Shown here piece by piece: positions 1-9,421 of a stretch of DNA of 64,000 nt (position 1 is the first letter of the stretch; each line of letters starts with the position of its first letter). Location: the NCBI GenBank assembly GCA_011109175.1, contig RDEW01000017.1, forward strand, positions 833,443-897,442, written 5' to 3'. A program made the translations under genes and the position numbers. Source of the DNA: Dicyema japonicum. Taxonomy: Eukaryota; Animalia; Dicyemida. The notes under the pieces were generated by a model, which was not told where the DNA came from, did no database searches, and worked only from the letters and a program-made list of their open reading frames with translations.

Positions 1-2250
1 ATGATAATTGAGGACCTCCACAGCCTATGTATACTCAACGATCCTGCATCTCATACAAGAACACCTACTCGACGTAATGATAAACCTTCTTCTATCGACA
101 TCTCATTGTCATCACCGTCCTTGGCCCCACTTATTGACTGGTCAGTGAAGTATGACACCAGGAGTGACCACAACCCAATATTTTTGGAGGTCAAAACAAG
201 GTCACGGATAAAAGGACAATGCCCAACAATAACTAACTACAGCCTTGCGAATTGGAAAGGATTCAAGGAATACGTCGATAATTGTATTGGACTATTAAAT
301 TTCCCCACTTTTCCCTCCGTCGAACAATTAGTGAAATGGTTCAACTCCATTATAAACGATGCGAAAAAGAAGTACATTCCTATGGGGAGACAACCAACGT
401 CATCAAAACGTTTTAACACAACGACGAAACATCTGATCAGAGAACGAAATAATCTAAAGATGGTAAAATCGCCAACAGAAGAGAACATCAGGAAAATACG
501 AGAATTGAACAGAGAGATCGACAACAACATAAAGACAGAAAATGCAAATAGATGGACGAGACTATCGAAAGCTCTCTACAAAAACCCCCCAATGCAAGAG
601 TGTGGAAGTGGATCAAAAACATCAAAAGACCTCCCCAGAGAGAAAAGTCGAAGTCTACATAAAACCAGACACTCTGATAAAATATTACACATCTATATCC
701 TACAGGAAGTTTTCAAAAGAACACCAAGTATTCCTGAAAAAGATTGAACCGAAACGCTCCGATGACTGGATCCTATTTACTAGTCAGGATGTTCGCAGAG
801 CCATATCTAAGGCCAACAACTCAGAGGCCAAAGGACCAGACAACATAACCACATGTGAACTGAAGCACCTAGGCCATCGAGCCCTGGAACTATTAGCCTA
901 TATATTCAACCTATCCATTAACACAAATACAATCCCTGAAATATGGAAGAAGTCTCTAATCAGACCTATCCGAAAACCCAACAAACCAATAGATGAACCA
1001 TCTTCCTATCGCCCAATATCTATTCTAAGTCCGGTCTCAAGGATCCTTGAAAGGCTTGTTTTGGAAAAAATACAAGACTCAATCTCAATACCTCCGACCC
1101 AGCACGGATTCCGGGACAACCATTCGACGACAACACACCTTACAACCCTCACACAATTCATTGCGGAAGGATTTAACTCCCCCAAACCCATCAGAGGACA
1201 GTACTTATATCCGTGGACATCACAAAAGCGTTCGACTCAGTCCCTAGGAAACTCCTAACAAAGAAAATATACGAAACCAACATCCATCCGAACCTGAAAC
1301 TTTGGCTTGGAAACTTCCTAAATGGAAGACGAGCACAAGTACTCTGCAACAACATCAAATCAAGATCTCGCTATTTCCCAAATGGAGTCCCTCAAGGCTC
1401 CCACTATCACCCCAACTCTTCAATCTCTACATAAACGACATGCCACAAACCTGTAATGAAAACTGTCTAATCCTCTCCTATGCCGACGATATCATTCTTG
1501 CTCCAAGAACAGAAGCATTCAATCAGCGACTCAGTTGGCTCAACAAATGCTCGACAACTTGGAACTATGGCTCTCGAAGCGGAGACTTGACACATCAGCA
1601 GCAAAGTCCTTTGTCACACTGTTTACCACCTACAAGAGACAGCTCTGTATCGAACCAAAAGTCTTTATGAAGAACGAAGCTATCTCTATTAACAAAACAC
1701 CGAAGATTCTGGGAGTAACCTTTGATCAGGGACTCACCTTTATCCGGCATGTTGAAAACAGAGTAACTTCTGCTCTGAAAAATGAGAATTTTAAAAGTGC
1801 TCTCAAAAACACTTAGAGATCAAACTGGGATCCTTGCCACGATTTACAAACAATTTATCCAACCAACGATGACGTATGCAAGTCCTTCATGGGCAATGCA
1901 AATGTCACGATCTTCCACATTGAAATTATCTGCAATCGAGGAGACTGCAATAAGGTTAATTGGACCAGATCACAATATCCAACCTATTGAAAATTTTTTA
2001 ATTGAACTACAACGGAAATATTAAAGGAGGCTGTTCTAACAAGCTGCCCTCTATTCCAAATACTATCGAATTATCTACAATCATACAGAAATTTTGAGCC
2101 GAAGCCATGTCCAATGAGAAGAGCTGTTCAGGATTCTCGACCCCGCCGGACTCGTCCTCACCTTTGTCGGTCTGGGATCACTTAGTTAGATGAGAACTTT
2201 TATTTCTTTCTCTTTGACCCAGTGATCCTGGGGGTAATAATAATAATAAC
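1..2250 (+). mobile_element. APE-RT non-LTR retrotransposon (I-group/Ingi-like), frameshifted, cut by the window edge
   Basis: APE C-terminus (SIDISL...SDHNPI); RT motifs KGPDNI, SYRPISIL, QHGFR, DITKAFDSV, GVPQGS, YADD, KILGVTFD spread over shifted frames; 3' stem-loop 2175-2228 and (TAA)n tail 2235-2249. Confidence 0.9.
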
Positions 2251-2479
2251 TAAGGAATACGAATAAGACATAGTGCAATAGAGATGTCGTCACCACCTCA
2301 ACCAGAATGTAAAGCACTCACGTAAAGAAACAACAAATGGCAATATTCGTATTCCTTACCGACTTCTCCGTTCACTCTGGGAACTTTTAATTGCTGAGGA
2401 CTTAAAAAATTTTTACAAAAAAGGTTTTTTTTAAATATCAACTGTCAGAGCCAATGTTCCGCTAAATCTACTCACCATA

Positions 2480-2960
2480 CTGGTCAACTCTGCATGGTAG
2501 GCAATACAAATTTATGGATCGATCCAATAATCGTGGAAACTTCGGGAGTTTCAAAGCAACCTTACAAGAAACATCAACTGACATCTATCAAAATACAACA
2601 TCTCTGTATGCTGTCTACAAAAGATAAAAATGACCGTATAATGTAAGGAACTTTTTGGCAAATTGCACTTTTTACCCTCTCATCGGCCGTCTAAATGACC
2701 AGGTACCCACAAATGTCGCAATGGACAACTACTTCGCACACACAGGAGCCGGATTCTGTGGAAGGCCTAGATCGACACTTCTGACAATCTTGAATGAAAA
2801 CCTATCGGAGTTTGGTATGAGACTAACTTCGGGGGACGACCAGAACTACCTAAGAGAACTAGTGCGCAACACAAGATCATGGTCGAGGCTGACGGAAAGG
2901 ATGATTCGGAAAACGGCACAAGAGAAACTTAACTAATTATTCTCGGGCATCAATTCTGGC
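2480..2960 (+). mobile_element. RTE family A, 3' remnant
   Basis: PTNVAMDNYF...GRPRSTLLTILNENL...LRELVRNTRSWSRL matches the RTE C-termini at 19949-20301 and 43000-43360. Confidence 0.7.
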
Positions 2961-3309
2961 ATATTTGTTAAATATAGCGTTTTTAGAAATAAAGCGAATA
3001 GGGCCTGAGAAAGACATGGATAGTTTTTGGTAGGGGGGTTTGTGTGAAATAGACTTATTCGTATCCACAAATTTCATGTTTTGCTTTTGACAAATAAAGA
3101 GCGTAAATGGATTTGCTGCAAAGAATATATTTTCACATAATCCAAAATAAAAACAAGGATGACTTTCTAAACTTTTCGAGGACCTAACATTTCAGAATTC
3201 ACCATGAAATCAAAAAGATGCTGAGTGGACATGGACTTTGTCGCACAACTGCATTGTGAGGCTTTCTGTCCTCCAAAAAGTAATATTAAGGTTTCATATT
3301 TCACTTTAG

Positions 3310-3480
3310 GACAGACAAGTGTCGTCAAGCTTACGAAATTACAAGATCTGTCACAAAATACTGACTGTAAAACTATTCAAGAGACATTTAAAGGGCCACT
3401 ATCCACTTTATTGCAAAAAATGCAGCAAAGGATTTTACAGGAAGGATAGGTGGAATGAACACATGTGCTCTTTATTATAA
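3310..3480 (+). pseudogene. Zinc-finger remnant (C2H2/C2HC-like); parent gene or element unknown
   Basis: Reads YKICHKILTVKLFKRHLKGHYPLYCKKCSKGFYRKDRWNEHMC*; no clean upstream ORF. Confidence 0.4.
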
Positions 3481-3908
3481 AAATAAATTATTGTGACGTC
3501 AACGACCAAATGTTAGTAGCATGCATTGAGGCATAGAAGCTATCGCTAAGACTACGTTCTAGATCGTCGTTTCTGGCCGATTTCGACCTCCCATAGTCGG
3601 TATAGGATCACTTCATTAGGTGGGACATTCATTCTCTATTAGTCGCCACTATAATTTATCGTCGTATAGCATCACGTCCGGCTAATAAGTCTTACTTATT
3701 ATTCTAAAACAAATGGTTACCGGCTTCTTTTCGAAAGAAAAACGAAATTTTTAATTTCGTTCAAAAACATGTTCGACGTAGTATGGGACAAAAAAGGAAG
3801 ACCTTGACATCGGTCTCCGATTTTCAGATTAATTAGGGTGAATTAAAGAATGGATTAGGGTGTATTAGAAAATGTGTTAGGGTAAATAAAAGAATGAATT
3901 ATGTTGTA

Positions 3909-4579
3909 CTAGAGAATGGATTTGGATGTATTAGAGCAGAGCTTTTCAAAAAATAATTCTCGAGCAATAATACGACAAGCAGGGATTATCAAGTTTTCGC
4001 CAATATTGTGAGGTTTTAGTTGTTTTGCTATCACTTCTGAGATCAGGTATAAACATTTCAATGATTCCTTTGTGTTTAGAAAAGTTTCACTGAACATCAT
4101 TTGACTAGATCTACGATTCATAGTAAAAACCAAATAATACTTAAGTTGTTTTTTTCAAATGGATAAAATAATCCACAGATTTTTAGTCCGGATGCTTGGA
4201 AGTAAAATGTCTCTTTAGTTTGCTAAGAACCATAGCATTACTTGCCAAAAATCCATGCAAATTAGACATTTAGGTAGTTTATTGTTATTTTTGCATATAC
4301 ATCCAAATGACATACAAGAATCTTTATAAGAACGACGAACTGATTTACCCATAAGCACGTTGATGCGCACGTTATTAAAAAATTTATAAATAATGGTTAA
4401 CCAATGTAAATGTCATTTAATGTATAATAAAAAATGATTATTTTAATTTTAGTAATTATTTTAATTCGTTTATCTTTTTAAATTAATTAAGTCAAAAATG
4501 TATATAAATTTATTCAAATTTGTATTTGGCAGGCGGCACACTAGAAATTGTCTTGCGGCACACCGTTTGACAACCTCTG
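3909..4579 (-). mobile_element. hAT (Buster/Charlie-type) transposon left end, decayed
   Basis: SKLKRHFTSKHP and IAKQLKPHNIGENLIIPAC (Buster-type N-terminus); terminus CAGAGGTTGTCAAACGGTGTGCCGC starts at 4579 on the minus strand; flank GGTTAAAG fits an 8-bp NNNTANNN target. Confidence 0.75.
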
Positions 4580-5436
4580 GGTTAAAGAGTACCGAAATTT
4601 CTATTGCACGGAAAAGAAAAAATTGCGAAATAAAAAATACATGACAAATGACTATAAAAATTTTATTTCTAATTTTTTGAGAAAATAATTATCCCACATT
4701 GTGAAATAAAAATTTCGATACTTTCAGAAATTCTTAAAAACTGTGAACTTGATAATTTGTTTTTGAATACATTTCAAGGATGAATGGATGAAACTGGGAT
4801 CTTTTTTCAATCTTCCCTTTTTGAACAATTTCATGTATTTATAGAAAGGGCATAAAGCAATGAAAAGTGAGAATAACTATAGTTTTTTGTGCTAATGCAA
4901 CTATAACAATAAAAATTAAACCTTTCGTTATTAGGCAAGTCAAAGACCATAATGTTTAAGATGTTGACTTGGAAATATATTTACTATGCAAATTAAAGGG
5001 TTTGGATGACAACATAACTTTTTGAGGTTATCAGTCATTTTAGTGATGATTTTAATTAAATCATAATTATTTAAACAAAAAAATCAAATCAAAAGTGGTC
5101 CCCGCCTACATATCGACGTTCAGTTGCCTCTCGCAATCGCTACAGATGTAAACTGAAGTAATGAATTAAATGTTGAGAAAAAAGTTTTTTTTACTTATAG
5201 ATAATGCTCCAAATCATGTTTTAACAAAATATTTTGAAAATTAAAAATTTTATTCCTTCAAAAAAACACAACTGCTAATCTTCAACCAGTCGATTCAGTC
5301 ATAATCAAGAACTTTAAGCATTATTATGAAAAAGACTTATTTTTGATTACATGGAAGTCCTTAATTAGAAAAATAAATTTTTGTGAATTTACGAAAGGGC
5401 ATCATTATGGTATCTCACGCATGAAGTAAAGAAAAC

Positions 5437-5860
5437 GGTTCCCATTCAAAATGGCCTCTTTCAAAATGGCCTCCATTCAAAATGGCCTCCATTCAAAATG
5501 GCCTCCAATAAAATTTCTCAGGTTTTGGATAAGTTCATCAATAGACATCACGAGATATTTTACCAAGGTCCTCGACATCTTTAGGTAAAAAAGTCATCTT
5601 TTTAAATCTTATAAAAATTGATTTTACCAAGGTCCTCGACATCTTTAGGTGAAAAAGTCATCTTTTTAAATCTTATAAAAATTGATTTTAACAGGTCCTA
5701 TGGGTAAGTGGAACATTTTACCAAGGTCCTCGACATCTTTAGGTGAAAAAGTCATCTTTTTGAAATCTTATAAAAATTGATTTTAACAGGTCCTATGGGT
5801 AAGTGGAACAATTTACCAAGGTCCTCGACATCTTTAGGTAAAAAAGTCATCTTTTTTAAT
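5437..5860. repeat. MULE left TIR: 4 x 16-bp units plus 65-95-bp units
   Basis: TTCAAAATGGCCTCCA x4, then a 50-bp spacer, then repeats of TTTTACCAAGGTCCTCGACATCTTTAGG... Confidence 0.9.
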
Positions 5861-5925
5861 ATTTTTATATAAGTTTAAAATGAAATATTTATTTTCAAAG
5901 AAAAAAAGGAAAATGATTATAAATG

Positions 5926-7354
5926 TTAATAGAACACATATTCTACTAAATTGAATATATAGTCTGTCGGATCCATATTAAGTAATATTTGTTCTTGAAC
6001 AAATCTCAATATATTCTCAGATAAAGCGATATATTTAGTTTTTCTAAGAATTTTTTCTCCATTTTGTAATCTTAAGAATTTAATCATTATGCCTTCTTCT
6101 TTTATCAATTTCTTTACAAAATTTCTTGGCGTCTTGTTTAGTGTCCCAAATGTACTTCTAAAAACGTTGTGCCAGCCTTCAATGGAGTTATTTGTCCGAG
6201 GTAAGTCCTCATATAGATTATCCAGATTATTCCAATAATTAATTGGAAATCTTGGAATTAATCCATTTTCTTGATTTCCGATATAATTGATCAAGAAATA
6301 TTGATATAATGGAGTTAGAATCACAGGAAAATCTGATCTCGACACTATCCAATCAAAAGTGTTCTTTACAGTATGTGTAGGAATAAAGGAGAGGCATTTC
6401 AACAGTTTTACAAATCTATCGTTAATTTTAAATCACATTTAACCTATTTATATCTTCATTATTTATGTCGTTGAAAATTCCTAGTTCCAATATTTTTTTA
6501 TTAATATTTTGTCCTAGATGGAACATGCAGCAATTTATCCGTGCGTTTGGAAATGATTTTTGAAAAGAGTTTATTGCTCCTTTTTCAAAATCTGAGACAA
6601 TAACTCTTGGTTCTAAATCCGGAATGAGACGTTTAATTATTTGAAGCATTGTGTCATATTCATTTTCAGTTTTTGATGTTAAAAGACAGAAAATTATTGG
6701 AATTACATGGTGATTAATTATTACCGATATTGTGAATAATTGCTTCCAAGGAAGAGGGCAGACAGAAAAAGTCCCATCAATAGACCATATTTTATGATTT
6801 TTTAATGGTGTCGTCATTTCAGAATTAAAAAAAATAACCATATTTGTCTCAACATCTGATAAGTTAATCATTAATATACCAATATTTTGGCGAAAACTGT
6901 GTCCAAACTGATAGAATCTATGCCCTCGTAAGGTATACATTAAATTCTCCTCAATATTAAGAACTGAATCATCACTTTCGTGTGGGATACTTTTTCTTGT
7001 TCTATTAATCAGTTGTTCCAGAGAAGAATGAGTCCCTGTCAAAGCAATAGTTGTCAAATTTTGTCCAAGCAGAGAATTATTAATAATCTGTCTAGGACCC
7101 ATATCACATAAGAGTGATTTCTGCTTTATGTCCTCCCGTATTAAGGCTCTCTTGACAAATTCACTCCTTGGAAGATGATTATGTTGCTTCAGACTCCAAA
7201 CTTCATCACAGGATTGAATAGTTTTTACAGATCCAGGACAAGTACGATCTGAGCACCTCCAATATGTGATATGTCCCTTCCTGTATTTTAAATGATAAAG
7301 ATTTCCATCATGTTCTAAACTTCTATTTCCCTTTTGGTTAACAAGAAACGGCAT
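5926..7354 (-). CDS. MULE transposase (FLYWCH + MULE DDE), 466 aa, two exons
   Basis: ATG at 7354; removing GT-AG intron 6416-6443 (28 nt) joins the two ORFs in frame (1401 nt). Motifs YWRCSDRTC...HNH, WSIDGTF, IVSDFEKG, CCMFHLGQ, RTNNSIEGWH. Confidence 0.9.
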
Positions 7355-7504
7355 GCAATAGTGAATCAATTAATTAATTAAATTATTCAAAAGTTTTATT
7401 ATAATAAAAGAAATTAAAAGAGACAATAACTTATTAAATTTAGTTTTAATAAAAATAATTAATTTTTATTCCAAAGTCAATTAGTATCTTAAAATCATAG
7501 GGTT

Positions 7505-8098
7505 TGGAGGACTTTGGTAAAATGTTCCGCTCACCCATAGGATCCCTTAAAATCAATTTTTATAAGATTTAAAAAAGATGACTTTTTTACCTAAAGATGT
7601 CGAGGACCTTGGTAAAATGTTCCACTTACCCATAGGACTCCTTAAAATCAATTTTTATAAGATTTAAAAAAGATGACTTTTTTACCTAAAGATGTCGAGG
7701 ACCTTGGTAAAATGTTCCACTTACCCATAGGACTTCTTAAAATCAATTTTTATAAGATTTAAAAAAGATGACTTTTTTACCTAAAGATGTCGAGGACCTT
7801 GGTAAAATCAATTTTTATAAGATTTAAAAAAGATGACTTTTTTACCTAAAGATGTCGTTTCGCTAAAATCTCGTGATGTTTATTGATGAACTTATCCAAA
7901 ACCTGAAAAAATTAATTGGAGGCCATTTTGAATGGAGGCCATTTTGAATGGAGGCCATTTTGAATGGAGGCCGTTTTGAATGGAGGCCATTTTGAATGGA
8001 GGCCATTTTGAATGGAGGCCATTTTGAATGGAGGCCGTTTTGAATGGAGGCCATTTTGAATGGAGGCCATTTTGAAAGAGGCCATTTTGAATGGACAC
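7505..8098. repeat. MULE right TIR: 65-95-bp units plus 11 x 16-bp units
   Basis: Reverse complement of the left arm; TGGAGGCCATTTTGAA x11 at 7917-8091, with an A>G variant in units 4 and 8. Confidence 0.9.
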
Positions 8099-8249
8099 GA
8101 AGAAAACACAATAAAAATTGTTTCAAAAAACATGGGCAATCGAATGTCATTAAAATCTGCTAATGAAAATATGCAAAATTTTGTTTTGACTGAGTACAAA
8201 AAACTGGAATAACTTGCTAATAAAAAAAATTTGTGAAGAATATATTGTC

Positions 8250-8557
8250 GCCGGGTGGCATAGTTGTTAGGTGTCGTCTAAAGTGACTTAGGTTACGGGT
8301 TCGATTCTCGCTGCTGTTCACCTGGTGGAAGGTTCCACGCATCTACGATGTTAAAAGGGTTTGACGAGTGACGCCCTCACCAGTGGATACTCTAGAAAGG
8401 ACCCACGCACAAGAAAAAGAAAAAAAAGAAGTGAAGATCAGTCCTTGGTTCTACGATTAGTTAAAATTAACTGTTCTTTACTTAAATAAAGTGTGTGTCC
8501 TCCCTATGCGGAGCTATAAATATTATGGCTCACGTGAAAAGGCTTTATTATTATTAT
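8250..8557 (+). mobile_element. tRNA-derived SINE family 1, copy a
   Basis: A-box TGGCATAGTTG (8256), B-box GGTTCGATTCT (8298), RTE-like tail plus (TTA)n; homologues at 39872-40152 and 55509-55822. Confidence 0.85.
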
Positions 8558-8744
8558 GTCGACGAGGGAATAATTAGTGCTGAAAAAGGAAAGATTATTA
8601 TATATGAAAACATAAATATTAATTACAATTGAATTAGTATTTTTATTACTTTCACAATCCGAAAGGCGTCCAATTTTTTGTTCGGATTAATGAGGGTTTA
8701 CTGTACATAAAAAATACAATATTAGGGGAAAATTAGCGATTACT

Positions 8745-8850
8745 ATTTTAATTATTATTACCTCCAGGATCACTGGGTCAAAGAGAAAGAAAAAGTTTTC
8801 AACTAAGTGATCCCAGACCGACGAGGTAGAGGACGAGTTCAGGCGGGTCT
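8745..8850 (-). mobile_element. 3' tail fragment of the APE-RT LINE family
   Basis: Reverse complement of about 2130-2250, including the GGATCACT/AGTGATCC stem. Confidence 0.8.
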
Positions 8851-8978
8851 ATTTTAATTTTTTTAAACAAAATAATTTTTTAATTAATAAATAAAATACC
8901 TTTCTTATTTTTAACATGCTATTTAATTTAAAAATAATTTTCAAATAAAATTTTATTAAAAATTTAAATAATTACGCT

Positions 8979-9070
8979 TCCGCGAGAGACTGGTTGGTTC
9001 CGAGAACGTATCTCGTTGGCTATTGTTAGGGGAAATAGCATGGCCATTCAGATGCCTAAATTTAATTTTT
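8979..9070 (+). mobile_element. 5'-truncated CRE-like 3' end
   Basis: Near-identical to 12284-12375. Confidence 0.85.
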
Positions 9071-9421
9071 ATTAATTACCTTAATAAATTTTTTTCTTAT
9101 TACGCTTTTGCAGATATGATTTAAAAAATTAAAAAATATTGAAAAAATGTATAAATTATTTTACTTTATGTAGTTGATGCGCTTTTCTATTGGGGGAGAA
9201 GATGAACTGTATTAATAATAAAAAGATTCCTTTGATTTAAAATATATGAAATGCAGATTGAACATATGACTTATTAACTTTTTGAGTGTAATGATACTTT
9301 CAGATAATACGCCTTCTGAATTTGGACAAAAATTAACCAGGAATTTATTCTGAATCAGAAGGGAGATTTTTTTGATTTTATAAATTCAAATATATACAGT
9401 TCTATCTCCTATTATCTATTC

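Larger units (their letters stand above)
5437..8098 (-). mobile_element. Mutator-like (MULE) transposon with long modular foldback-type TIRs
   Basis: Inverted arms; 9-bp TSD AAAGAAAAC (5428-5436) and GAAGAAAAC (8099-8107); central transposase gene. Confidence 0.92.
4650..8703 (+). mobile_element. pogo/Tigger-like relic hosting nested MULE and SINE insertions
   Basis: MDETGIF, CANA, DNAPNH and NTTANLQPVDSVIIKNFKHYY in broken frames; right TIR GGATTAATGAGGGTTTACTG ends at 8703 followed by TA; left TIR not found. Confidence 0.7.

Noticed and set aside
5557-5860. Repeat arrays superficially like CRISPR
   Set aside because: No unique spacers, no cas genes, eukaryotic context; they are mirrored in the other TIR.
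7863-8199. Three ORFs with repeating SIQNGLHSKWPPFKMA peptides
   Set aside because: Translations of the 16-bp TIR array (48-nt period), not proteins.
8250-8330. tRNA gene
   Set aside because: The A/B boxes are the head of a dispersed ~300-bp SINE; no complete cloverleaf is evident.
9070-9421. Spliced-leader or other specific target for the CRE-like element
   Set aside because: No SL-like or repeated target sequence and no TSD could be identified.
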